NCBI RefSeq assembly: GCF_963676685.1
Contig: NC_092354.1
Location: 75,392,001 to 75,456,000 of the forward strand
Direction of reading: 5' to 3'
Length of the DNA stretch: 64,000 nucleotides
From: Mytilus edulis
Lineage: Eukaryota
Every line of letters starts with the position of its first letter. The stretch's first letter is position 1. The notes under the pieces are model-generated. The model was given only the letters and a program-made list of their open reading frames with translations. It did no database searches and was not told the origin of the DNA. This document shows, piece after piece, positions 49,101 to 57,507 of the stretch. The position numbers were made by a program, and so were the translations under genes.

Positions 49101-49912
49101 CTGGTTGCAGCAAGAGTTCTTGGTAGGGGTATATACGATCCACCGCCTAAAGGTTTATATTTAGCTGTATTAATCTCAATGTGTTTAATATGATCTAATG
49201 ACCAACCGCTCCCATTTCGTATATACTCATCAAAACTTTTGAATATTTTTTGATATGTCACATTAATATCATGTTCATCATCTATATTTGCTCTATCAAC
49301 TAGATTCGATGTCTTCGAGATAAAATGTGCATTATTCTTTAAATCATTACCACCTTCACCTCCATTCGGCTTGATCATTTGCACAAGACAATTCATATAC
49401 CACTTAATATGACCGAGTTCATCACACATCTCTTGTAAATGAGTTTTTACCTCATGCTTAATTCCAGATAAAAATGCTAGAAGATCATACTTTTCCCCAT
49501 TATCCTCATTCGGATAAATGAAACGAGCTCGTGCTATTCCCAAGAGAGCAGACTTATCCACACTTTTATGTTTGATTGTAGTATGTGAATTTGAATCAGT
49601 GTTTCCTGAACCAGTCTGATAAGTTGTATGATCGATGTTGCTATGTTTAAACAAATTTTCCGCTGAATCAAAATGTCTATCACATTGTCGACATGGAAAT
49701 GTACAACTGTTTCTCTGGTGTCTCTTCAGTTTGGAAGGGTGATCAAACAGAAGTTTACAATAATAACATGAATAGACCTTAACCGTAAGATTTGATCTGT
49801 TGTCATTATCAACACTCAATCGATCATTTAACTCTCGCAACTGCTGTTGATATTGAGGGTTACTGTCAGGATAAAGACGCAATAAATCCTCGCAGAAATG
49901 ATCATCAGCCAT
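46109..49912 (-). CDS. polB: Protein-primed family B DNA polymerase (pPolB) with N-terminal C2H2 fingers, putative terminal-protein region and an endonuclease VII-like insert
   Basis: Exo IYADMET, FHNLKQFDAH, YLKTDVLLLADVFE; pol YVDANNLYG, KNGNNAIFGK, YTDTDS, AKMY, AKG; CHIC...VRDHAHVSGKFRGASCRDCN; N-terminal CYYC..H, CRQC..H. Confidence 0.97.
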   Translation of the reverse strand: MADDHFCEDLLRLYPDSNPQYQQQLRELNDRLSVDNDNRSNLTVKVYSCYYCKLLFDHPSKLKRHQRNSCTFPCRQCDRHFDSAENLFKHSNIDHTTYQTGSGNTDSNSHTTIKHKSVDKSALLGIARARFIYPNEDNGEKYDLLAFLSGIKHEVKTHLQEMCDELGHIKWYMNCLVQMIKPNGGEGGNDLKNNAHFISKTSNLVDRANIDDEHDINVTYQKIFKSFDEYIRNGSGWSLDHIKHIEINTAKYKPLGGGSYIPLPRTLAATRALLNIRNLDEKCFVYAIIASIHPTCSGDPSKVHHYIPYEHELNMEGIQLPVAPSFVSKFERQNNISVMVLGFEEGEFFPLHVTGLREAHHEVDLLYLKSGNKSHWCLITDLNRLLYRTKCLGRSHKYCRFCLSGFTSEHTLEKHIKYCSKFEAQHVTYPTKGVDDILTFQDHAKQLQTSFVIYADMETFCEPMVTEEPEDNRTSTTKLTKLIPCGYGYQVVCIDDRYTQPPKIYRGENVSEHFLHSLLDENKRIKAILNNPEPLCMTVEDEEDFQSSTHCHICMEEFTDSTIRVRDHAHVSGKFRGASCRDCNLNFKEHTFVPVIFHNLKQFDAHLICSSIGIFKSEEIGCIATNAEKYISFNLSNLRFIDSYQFLNCSLEELVSSMSKENPKETFKHFTKEFDDDKRIALLLKKGTYPYEYIDNAARFNETELPSIDKFYSNLSEKTISQTEYEHAQRVWNQMNIKNIGEYHDLYLKTDVLLLADVFETFRKKWITNYSLDPANYYTLPGLSWQSALKMTGVRLELLTDPTMWLFFEQSIRGGLTMVSCRHAKANNPYLSNYDPALPTSYLMYVDANNLYGLSMSMPLAVGKFQWLSEEEINDFNVLNVSNNADIGYVIECDLDYPDNLHDLHNDFPLAVEKGVITNEMLSPHSRHLYEQANDDGKEYQPSTKLLATLKDKKHYILHYVNLKLYLKLGLVLKKIHNIVSFEQRPWLKQYIDFNTEMRKKATSNFEQKLFKNGNNAIFGKSMESLRKHINFSLCHRWDKFQKLTAKSSFKSFKIFNDHLCGVLQTKTKIFFNKPIYLGQMILDLSKAHMVDYYYNHMKKLYKENVTLCYTDTDSFIMHVRTDDIYRDMSLNSELYDFSNYPADHPLYTKDRKSIIGLFKDECKSIQMVEYIGLRAKMYSFITADDKETVVAKGIKTRNVRFEQYKNTLFNCSPLLSHMYTLRSFNHQIHMVKVVKSGLSPYDDKRHLLDDNVHSLAYFHRKLKEKH

Positions 49913-50152
49913 GACAATTGTGATATCAATAGCACTTTCAACGTTTTATATATACTACGCGATCGTGGACTAGAACTAATAGGCGAACATATGTTATCTA
50001 AATATTTATTTTATTAATTAAATTTAAAGGTACACAGTGTAAATATACAAATAGACAATATATTATATACATATATAAATATAGACAAATTTAAAGAAAA
50101 ATACAAGTGATTGATTGAAGTCTCCAATAGTTTTAAATAATCCACTTCTTCA

Positions 50153-50503
50153 TTACAAATGAAATGATAACCATTTACTCTTTAATCTTTTGCGATTTTG
50201 CGATTTTTCCACATTTCTTAAGAATTTTTCAGGAGACATCTTGATAGCTTTACCCTCTGCTGCACCATCATATTCATCAACATCCATCCTATTTTCCTCT
50301 TGATTGTCTGATTTTGATCGATCTACAGTTTCTTTTAAATTTTTCAATTCTGTTTTTTGCAAAACCTGACCACTACCATGTTGTTTGGTTACATCTTCTT
50401 CTAGGTTTATTTCTGTTTTTATACTGTCACTATCTTTACCATCATATTCCTTTTCTTTTTCTTTCACATTAACAATTTCACATTGGTTGGACATATTCAT
50501 CAA
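50153..50503 (-). pseudogene. 5'-truncated duplicate of the 131-aa ORF
   Basis: Identical to the C-terminal part of 51458-51853 but lacks the first ~14 codons (MTRELILLPKEKYE). Confidence 0.8.
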
Positions 50504-50506
50504 TCT

Positions 50507-51217
50507 TCAACCGCTCCCATTTCGTATATACTCATCAAAACTTTTGAATATTTTTTGATATGTCACATTAATATCATGTTCATCATCTATATTTGCTCTA
50601 TCAACTAGATTCGATGTCTTCGAGATAAAATGTGCATTATTCTTTAAATCATTACCACCTTCACCTCCATTCGGCTTGATCATTTGCACAAGACAATTCA
50701 TATACCACTTAATATGACCGAGTTCATCACACATCTCTTGTAAATGAGTTTTTACCTCATGCTTAATTCCAGATAAAAATGCTAGAAGATCATACTTTTC
50801 CCCATTATCCTCATTCGGATAAATGAAACGAGCTCGTGCTATTCCCAAGAGAGCAGACTTATCCACACTTTTATGTTTGATTGTAGTATGTGAATTTGAA
50901 TCAGTGTTTCCTGAACCAGTCTGATAAGTTGTATGATCGATGTTGCTATGTTTAAACAAATTTTCCGCTGAATCAAAATGTCTATCACATTGTCGACATG
51001 GAAATGTACAACTGTTTCTCTGGTGTCTCTTCAGTTTGGAAGGGTGATCAAACAGAAGTTTACAATAATAACATGAATAGACCTTAACCGTAAGATTTGA
51101 TCTGTTGTCATTATCAACACTCAATCGATCATTTAACTCTCGCAACTGCTGTTGATATTGAGGGTTACTGTCAGGATAAAGACGCAATAAATCCTCGCAG
51201 AAATGATCATCAGCCAT
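50507..51217 (-). pseudogene. Truncated duplicate of the pPolB N-terminus (236 aa; zinc fingers plus part of the terminal-protein region)
   Basis: Identical to pPolB aa 1-236; the duplication junction converts TGG to TGA. Confidence 0.85.
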
Positions 51218-51457
51218 GACAATTGTGATATCAATAGCACTTTCAACGTTTTATATATACTACGCGATCGTGGACTAGAACTAATAGGCGAACATATGTT
51301 ATCTAAATATTTATTTTATTAATTAAATTTAAAGGTACACAGTGTAAATATACAAATAGACAATATATTATATACATATATAAATATAGACAAATTTAAA
51401 GAAAAATACAAGTGATTGATTGAAGTCTCCAATAGTTTTAAATAATCCACTTCTTCA

Positions 51458-51853
51458 TTACAAATGAAATGATAACCATTTACTCTTTAATCTTTTGCGA
51501 TTTTGCGATTTTTCCACATTTCTTAAGAATTTTTCAGGAGACATCTTGATAGCTTTACCCTCTGCTGCACCATCATATTCATCAACATCCATCCTATTTT
51601 CCTCTTGATTGTCTGATTTTGATCGATCTACAGTTTCTTTTAAATTTTTCAATTCTGTTTTTTGCAAAACCTGACCACTACCATGTTGTTTGGTTACATC
51701 TTCTTCTAGGTTTATTTCTGTTTTTATACTGTCACTATCTTTACCATCATATTCCTTTTCTTTTTCTTTCACATTAACAATTTCACATTGGTTGGACATA
51801 TTCATCAATCTTTCATATTTCTCCTTGGGTAATAGTATTAACTCCCGAGTCAT
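51458..51853 (-). CDS. Maverick small hypothetical protein (131 aa)
   Basis: N-terminal LILLPKEKYERL and C-terminal KWLSF motifs resemble small Maverick ORFs; internal QHGSG is a possible adenain site; last gene of the leftward run. Confidence 0.7.
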   Translation of the reverse strand: MTRELILLPKEKYERLMNMSNQCEIVNVKEKEKEYDGKDSDSIKTEINLEEDVTKQHGSGQVLQKTELKNLKETVDRSKSDNQEENRMDVDEYDGAAEGKAIKMSPEKFLRNVEKSQNRKRLKSKWLSFHL

Positions 51854-52154
51854 AGTATTTGAAAAAAGATGATATCAATGTTGGAATAATAACAATTATC
51901 TTCAGTAAACGTTTTCTCCTCAACTGAGGTGTTATATTATTAACTACCACAGCACGAATGAACTTTGCAAAAGTTGAAAGATTCCTTTTAACCCTCTCAG
52001 ACAATGGTATGACGCTTTTTAGACAGTTGAATACTATTTCTACTAATAGTTGTAATTGTCTGTGGTCCGTGCTTTTTATGATTTGAGCAGATTGTTCAGG
52101 TGTAGTGTTCGCCAATAATTTAAGGAAGCTTCTACTTGATTCTTTTAAAATCAT
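51813..52154 (-). CDS. Maverick small helical basic protein (113 aa)
   Basis: FLKLL...Q...II...QLQLLVEIVFNCL..VIPLS pattern resembles Maverick ORFs next to the ATPase; hydrophobic/amphipathic C-terminal helix; ATGA overlap with the ATPase stop. Confidence 0.75.
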   Translation of the reverse strand: MILKESSRSFLKLLANTTPEQSAQIIKSTDHRQLQLLVEIVFNCLKSVIPLSERVKRNLSTFAKFIRAVVVNNITPQLRRKRLLKIIVIIPTLISSFFKYYDSGVNTITQGEI

Positions 52155-52792
52155 TTTGGTTGATAAACAATCGTGTCCTCCCCCGGAAAAGGATTTGCGC
52201 GCAACTGATATTCAGGGTTTGAACCTGGTGCTATATCCACTATCAAGCAATTGTATGGTCTGCTAATTGCACGTTGGTAAACGTCCATGAAAAAGCGAAC
52301 TTGACCTGGAAACATTTGTCGAGCTAAAGATTGTATTTGCAGTGAATCTCTACCATTTTTGAAAAGAAAAAAGACGTGAGAATTCAAACTGATTGATCGC
52401 ATAACCTTCCCCTTCTGATATAAATTTTGTAGTATAAAAATAATTGATGTTAAGGTGTGATGACTTAAAACGCAATAAATCTTCTGCATCAGTTTACAGT
52501 CCACTACTTCATCCATTTTATCATCAATGATCCATAATGTGTGTATATCCTTATCAACAAGAAAATCACTTTCATCAGGCAGTTCCAGTTGAAATGAAAT
52601 GTTGGAGACAGTTTTTTTCAATTCATCGAAGACATCTTGCCATATGCTGTAACAGTAGTATATCTTCTGAGGTGGTATTGTAAACATTTCCTGAGCGTTC
52701 TCTAATAATCTTTTAATGTATGTAGTTTTTCCTGAACCCGTTGGACCGACACATATTGAAGTCATGGGTGTTTGAAATTTCACCAAACTCAT
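52151..52792 (-). CDS. A32/FtsK-HerA-family DNA packaging ATPase
   Basis: Walker A GPTGSGKT, Walker B WIIDD, SHH, ILQNLY, RSISLNS; first ATG at 52792. Confidence 0.95.
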   Translation of the reverse strand: MSLVKFQTPMTSICVGPTGSGKTTYIKRLLENAQEMFTIPPQKIYYCYSIWQDVFDELKKTVSNISFQLELPDESDFLVDKDIHTLWIIDDKMDEVVDCKLMQKIYCVLSHHTLTSIIFILQNLYQKGKVMRSISLNSHVFFLFKNGRDSLQIQSLARQMFPGQVRFFMDVYQRAISRPYNCLIVDIAPGSNPEYQLRANPFPGEDTIVYQPK

Positions 52793-52854
52793 GATGATCA
52801 CCTCTTGCTCGAATGATGATTGTTACCATGTGTCTCATCATTTTAAACACTTTT

Positions 52855-53322
52855 TCATATGCAGTGTGAATAGGTTTTACCAATCACATTGAAAACAAAG
52901 ATGTCGTTTGCTTGATGATTATCACTGAAAAAATCGTGAATGTTAGTTAGATCATACTCTCTACATAAGAGTGATAAGATGAAAATGCAATATTGACCGC
53001 ATACTGATGAATTCTCACTCTGTAATCGTTTTTGATTTATTTCCAGAGATATCGCATTGTGTTCAAAGAATTTTAAGAAGTGACGTGAATAATAATCGGG
53101 AGAGTGTGCGAAGCTGTCGAAAAATATCCCTCTTCGTTCCTCATTTATGAAAAAGGCGATCCAGTGTGCACCATTCTCAAAATGATTTTCAGTGTTACAA
53201 ATAAATCCCATGGGTCGATTTCTCACTATCTTAGGTATCTGATCTGCTGCAAATATACCAACAATTTTATCCTTCATTAGTTCATCACAATTAATCATAC
53301 ACTCCAATTGCATAGTGTTCAT
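52855..53322 (-). CDS. Adenain-like (C5) cysteine maturation protease
   Basis: GAHWIAF (His), FFDSF (Asp), LQSENSSVCGQYC (Gln, Cys). Confidence 0.95.
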   Translation of the reverse strand: MNTMQLECMINCDELMKDKIVGIFAADQIPKIVRNRPMGFICNTENHFENGAHWIAFFINEERRGIFFDSFAHSPDYYSRHFLKFFEHNAISLEINQKRLQSENSSVCGQYCIFILSLLCREYDLTNIHDFFSDNHQANDIFVFNVIGKTYSHCI

Positions 53323-54641
53323 TCTTGAATTATGATGTCTCGAGTTTGAGTTATTTCAAAATATCCACTAAATTCACTATAAATGATTATAGTTGTTGGT
53401 TCAGTGAGGGGAGAATCAAATGTGCATTCCAAATTGACACGTTCATTCCTTTTCAATGTTAAATAATCTAAACCTTCAAAAATTGGTTCCAGTTGAAAGG
53501 CATACAAGGCATATCCTTCAGAAAAACTGTCTCTGTTTAATCCATTACCACAGTCTTGCAGAGTTTTCCCAGCAACCTCAAATAGATTGCGAAATGCAAC
53601 AATGGATGATTCTCCACTTGACGAGTCAAATTTTACTCTGACAGGATTCCCGGAAACTGGCACTCCCTCAACTTTAAGATTTATTTCACTTAGGTGGCAA
53701 TGTTTGAATGTCCACGGACATAGTGAGTAGTCACCTGCTATGTTTTGACTCCCCGTAAAGGCTATCAATACCTTATTGGGTCTATTATTCTGGAATATGT
53801 TGTTGAAGTTAAAACTTATTTGACCAGCTGGAAGTGAAATTGTGCGAACATCATTTTGCACAATGGGATATTTAGCGTTTACTGTCCTGAGTATAGAATC
53901 GTGGCCATATACAATGCCGGGGTGAACGTGGATCTTTGCTATTGATAGATACATATCTTCAATCTCAAGGTAATAATCAGCATCTTCATCAACCGACATT
54001 AGATAAAATTCTGGTCTCGATCTGTAGAATTTCACAGTAACTCCTACTTGATTTAATATGTAACGATTCATTGAAAACAGGGGATGGAAAATGTTTCCTT
54101 CAAGATCAACAGTTTTACCATTTTTTATGTATGCTGTTCTTCTGTAGAGCCCAAGATTTGATCCTGTGTTACAATCTGCATCATCCAATGTTCCTTGATG
54201 ATCGTCTATCCATAATTGACTTGAGAGCTGCGATTCTTTAGCTTCTTTCCCATATTTCAATAAAGTTTGCATATAAGCTTTGTAAGGGTAAAATCCTGTT
54301 GAAGATGTGACAATTTTATTTTGAATTAAAACATCTATTTGATTAAATAATGCATGCAAAACATAGTTCACAGGCCCGCAATTAACGTCACTGCTATCTG
54401 CTATGGTTCCATCTCCTCTTTTAAGTCTTAGACGTACATGCATTGTTGATTTACTTAAGTCTAGATACTCTGTTCCACCAGATATGTGAAACTCTATTGG
54501 CGATGTCTTTGTAAAAGTTGCAGCTGGTCGAATATGTTCATATGTGATTCTTGTGACTGCAGTTTGATGACCTGGTAGATTGAATAAAGACAACTGACTT
54601 GGTTGCAGCTCATGAAATGTTTCAGGATTTATTTTAGCCAT
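53319..54641 (-). CDS. Double jelly-roll major capsid protein (hexon-like)
   Basis: 440 aa with SQLSLF, PIEFHI.G..EYLDLSKS, HALFNQIDV, YPYKAY..TLL.Y, RPNKVLI, GYALYAFQL; located between the core protein and the protease. Confidence 0.92.
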   Translation of the reverse strand: MAKINPETFHELQPSQLSLFNLPGHQTAVTRITYEHIRPAATFTKTSPIEFHISGGTEYLDLSKSTMHVRLRLKRGDGTIADSSDVNCGPVNYVLHALFNQIDVLIQNKIVTSSTGFYPYKAYMQTLLKYGKEAKESQLSSQLWIDDHQGTLDDADCNTGSNLGLYRRTAYIKNGKTVDLEGNIFHPLFSMNRYILNQVGVTVKFYRSRPEFYLMSVDEDADYYLEIEDMYLSIAKIHVHPGIVYGHDSILRTVNAKYPIVQNDVRTISLPAGQISFNFNNIFQNNRPNKVLIAFTGSQNIAGDYSLCPWTFKHCHLSEINLKVEGVPVSGNPVRVKFDSSSGESSIVAFRNLFEVAGKTLQDCGNGLNRDSFSEGYALYAFQLEPIFEGLDYLTLKRNERVNLECTFDSPLTEPTTIIIYSEFSGYFEITQTRDIIIQE

Positions 54642-54649
54642 TTTGAATT

Positions 54650-55120
54650 TTACTGGAAAATATCCTTTTCAATTAGCTGATTCTTTAATCTTTTTTTCAC
54701 ACTCTGTACACTTCCTTTCTTACTGTTTGTTTTATTTTTCCTTCCTCCTTTCTTTGTCTTTTTCGTTTTCTTCTGCTCCCCTCTATGGCTTTTTCTATTA
54801 CTGTTTTGTAACTTCCCACGTTTGCGTTTTATCTTTTTCACAGCTCGACTAATTTCCGACTTAGCATTTTCCACCTGCTGCTGTGCATGTGTTACAAGTT
54901 TAATGGGTGATTGCGCATGTGGTTTACTTTGTGGTAATGTGATTGGTTCCATGAAGCTAGCTGCTGAATTAGTGAGGGAACCACCACTCTGGATAGTTCT
55001 TCTGTATGAATTATTAAGATATGAATTGTGATGTTTGTCATTCGCTAGATTTTCATAGTACATTATCCATGTCCTAGGGTCTAGCACATATTGAGAATTG
55101 TTCAATTCCATGATTATCAT
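54650..55120 (-). CDS. Basic core/DNA-condensing protein candidate
   Basis: IQSGG|SL adenain-type site and a strongly Lys/Arg-rich C-terminal half. Confidence 0.7.
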   Translation of the reverse strand: MIIMELNNSQYVLDPRTWIMYYENLANDKHHNSYLNNSYRRTIQSGGSLTNSAASFMEPITLPQSKPHAQSPIKLVTHAQQQVENAKSEISRAVKKIKRKRGKLQNSNRKSHRGEQKKTKKTKKGGRKNKTNSKKGSVQSVKKRLKNQLIEKDIFQ

Positions 55121-55524
55121 GCAAAGTATGGATACGACCTGAAGTGCAGTGTAATCGACACTGGATTTTTTAAAAATGATGCATGACTCCCTTGCATGTC
55201 AGTAATAAAGAATTCAATGTCTCTTATTTCACTTTTCACCACTGGAATGTATGCAAGTTGATCAAAGTGGTAGTATTCAGTTTGAGAGCAGCAACATATT
55301 CGCTTCAATAAGGGTTGTTTGTTACCATCGACTATTACATCACCGCATATGTTTGCATATATATATAGATCATTATTTGATGATAATTTAATATCAACTA
55401 ATGCGACTTTCCATTTTGATTTCATCACTATTGGCGTCTGAAGATATGTACGGAATTTGTGTGGTCTGTTATGTGGGTAAATGTCTAAATTTTTGTTACT
55501 GTTAATGACCATGTAAAAGCTCAT
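55117..55524 (-). CDS. Single jelly-roll minor capsid (penton) protein, compact 135 aa
   Basis: MSFYMVINSN...YPHN....FRTYL..PI.....WKVAL, LYIYANIC, PLLKRI, YIPV, ITLHFR; ATG at 55524. Confidence 0.88.
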   Translation of the reverse strand: MSFYMVINSNKNLDIYPHNRPHKFRTYLQTPIVMKSKWKVALVDIKLSSNNDLYIYANICGDVIVDGNKQPLLKRICCCSQTEYYHFDQLAYIPVVKSEIRDIEFFITDMQGSHASFLKNPVSITLHFRSYPYFA

Positions 55525-55525
55525 T

Positions 55526-56680
55526 TTAAAAGTCAACAATATCTCTCTCAGGAATCCACTGACAAAAACGTTTATCCCAATCCTGGAATTTTACATAACC
55601 CTCACGTTGACCATTCCGCCTTCGCCATTTAAGCACTTTCTCAACAAACCACAATGCGTCAGCCTCCTTTTTCACACGCTGCAACTCTGTATAATTGAAA
55701 TTGCCTACAACTTCCTTGTCCAAAAAATCTTGTACTTTATAAAAGATTTTCCCATGTATTAGAAATCGTCTATATATTTTAAATATTTCGGAGGTCCACT
55801 GTTGCTGATAAGCTCTTTGAAACGGTTTCTTCAAATGGCTCAGTCTTACCATGTCATTGATTTTAAAATGAAACTGTTTCCCTCTTTTACGTTGTACTTT
55901 TAATGTTTCTTTCTTTTCTCTGATTCGTTTTTCTTTGGGTGGAGTTTTAATATACATATATGCCCACAAATCATATTTGTTTTTCTCATTCACATCTTTT
56001 GGAGCTGTATTATTTAAACTTCTATGTGGCGTTGCATTATAACTTGCTACCAAATTTTGTAGAACATTGAGATAGCTATAAGTTCTATGCTTTGTAAAAT
56101 ATCGGAACATCATCCTCCGAAATGTCAAATTGACCCTCTCTGCTATTGACGCTTTACTACTGTCGGAATTTAAATAGACATGATGGTAAATGTCATATTT
56201 TTTAAACACACGTTTCAAATCTTTGTTTTTGAATTCAGTTCCCGCATCTGTGGAAACCTTCAAAGGGATTTTACCATGTTTGAAGATTTTTTCAAATGCA
56301 TCAGCTACTGTCTTCCCAAACTTGTTTTTTAATGGATAAATCCATAAAAACCGTGTGAAAATATCGATAACAACCAACAGGAAACGTGTCTTATTGTTAT
56401 ATTTCTGTATGTTGGATACATCCATAAGGTCAGCATCGTATTGCTCATACGGTTCCGATACAATTATTTTCACTCTTTTAATTCTACGTTTTACAGGTTT
56501 TTGTAAATTGTAGTCGTCTATTTTTTCCATCCATTTCCTGATCTTGTATACGCTTGGTACATTTCCATCTCTTGATGTCTTCAACGTTTGATAAATTTTT
56601 TCAGCACTTAGGTATGCTCCCCCATTTGCTGTATTGTAATATACATTCCTAAGTTTTTCATCTAAATCATCATTTTCCAT
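55526..56680 (-). CDS. int: Retroviral-like (rve) DDE integrase with a C-terminal chromodomain
   Basis: YDADLMD, VIDIFTR, STDAGTEF, IAERVNLT, YNATPHRSL; chromodomain WFVEKVLKWRRR.G....YVKF.DW......WIP. Confidence 0.96.
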   Translation of the reverse strand: MENDDLDEKLRNVYYNTANGGAYLSAEKIYQTLKTSRDGNVPSVYKIRKWMEKIDDYNLQKPVKRRIKRVKIIVSEPYEQYDADLMDVSNIQKYNNKTRFLLVVIDIFTRFLWIYPLKNKFGKTVADAFEKIFKHGKIPLKVSTDAGTEFKNKDLKRVFKKYDIYHHVYLNSDSSKASIAERVNLTFRRMMFRYFTKHRTYSYLNVLQNLVASYNATPHRSLNNTAPKDVNEKNKYDLWAYMYIKTPPKEKRIREKKETLKVQRKRGKQFHFKINDMVRLSHLKKPFQRAYQQQWTSEIFKIYRRFLIHGKIFYKVQDFLDKEVVGNFNYTELQRVKKEADALWFVEKVLKWRRRNGQREGYVKFQDWDKRFCQWIPERDIVDF

Positions 56681-57026
56681 TGTTAAAAATAGGTTCCAAA
56701 TCTATCATTTTTTCAACTTTATCTATTATGCGAGATGCTCTGTGCGGTGTTTTCAATATAGTATTTTTCCAATCTGTTGATTGTAAAAATGTAAGTTGAT
56801 AGTAGACTCTCACATTATCTGGAATATTTGATTGTCTGACTAAATTAACAAAATCGGTGTACACTTTATCTGTTTCTACTTGATAAAAAAAATCCCATGC
56901 ATTTCCTCCACTTATGTGTTCCACTTGATTTTCCTTCTTCAGAATGTCAAAAACTGACTTTGCATATATTATATCGAATATGTTATCAAGTCTGGCTATA
57001 TTTTCACATGATTCTATCTCATCCAT
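56670..57026 (-). CDS. Hypothetical protein (118 aa), first gene inside the right TIR
   Basis: ATG in aaacATGG context exactly where TIR similarity ends; 11-nt overlap with the integrase start. Confidence 0.7.
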   Translation of the reverse strand: MDEIESCENIARLDNIFDIIYAKSVFDILKKENQVEHISGGNAWDFFYQVETDKVYTDFVNLVRQSNIPDNVRVYYQLTFLQSTDWKNTILKTPHRASRIIDKVEKMIDLEPIFNNGK

Positions 57027-57507
57027 GTTTTATTAATAATAATAATAATTTATAATGTATGATATTTTTGTTTGGGTTAGGGTTAGGGTTAGGGTTAGGG
57101 TTAGGGTTAGGGTTAATTATTATATTTACCAATTAAACTTTTATCAAATTAAAGCTCTCAAATTGTTTTAAATGTTCCTTTTACTACTTCCATATCCAGC
57201 ATATCAACAATTTAAATGATTGGTAATGCGTTAAATTGTTTAATGAAATGAAAATTTTTTTTAAATGTTCAATTTACTTTTACTACTTCCATATCCAGCA
57301 TATCAACAATGTTAAATTGATTGGTAATGCATTAAAATTGTTTAATGCAGTGAAAAAAAAAATAAAAACATTCTTTTATATTTTACAAATTAAAAATCAA
57401 TATTTTGATATTATCCAACAAATATATTATGCAATTTTTGCTGACGGGGGCAAAATTTTTGTCAACGTGGCAAAAATATTTGCTGCTGCCACACAATATA
57501 TACTACT
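57027..57507 (-). repeat. Right TIR of the Maverick
   Basis: Reverse complement of the left TIR; contains an internal ~95-bp duplication (~57160-57245 and ~57258-57346). Confidence 0.85.
57074..57115 (+). repeat. Telomeric repeat (TTAGGG)6 inside the right TIR
   Basis: GGG(TTAGGG)6TTA; counterpart (TAACCC)2 at 38695-38706. Confidence 0.95.

Larger units (their letters stand above)
49203..51812. repeat. 1305-bp tandem duplication (49203-50507 and 50508-51812)
   Basis: ORF ends are offset by exactly 1305 (49912/51217; 50153/51458). Translations are identical, and I saw no nucleotide differences in the parts compared. Confidence 0.93.
38245..57507. mobile_element. Complete Polinton/Maverick (adintovirus-like) endogenous virus, 19,263 bp
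   Basis: 5'-AGTAGT...ACTACT-3' ends; 6-bp TSD TTTAAC at 38239-38244 and 57508-57513; TIRs; open ORFs for pPolB, integrase, ATPase, protease and both capsid proteins. Confidence 0.97.

Noticed and set aside
57074-57115. True chromosome end or healed break
   Set aside because: The tract is internal to the TIR, has a counterpart in the left TIR, and host sequence continues past a proper TSD.
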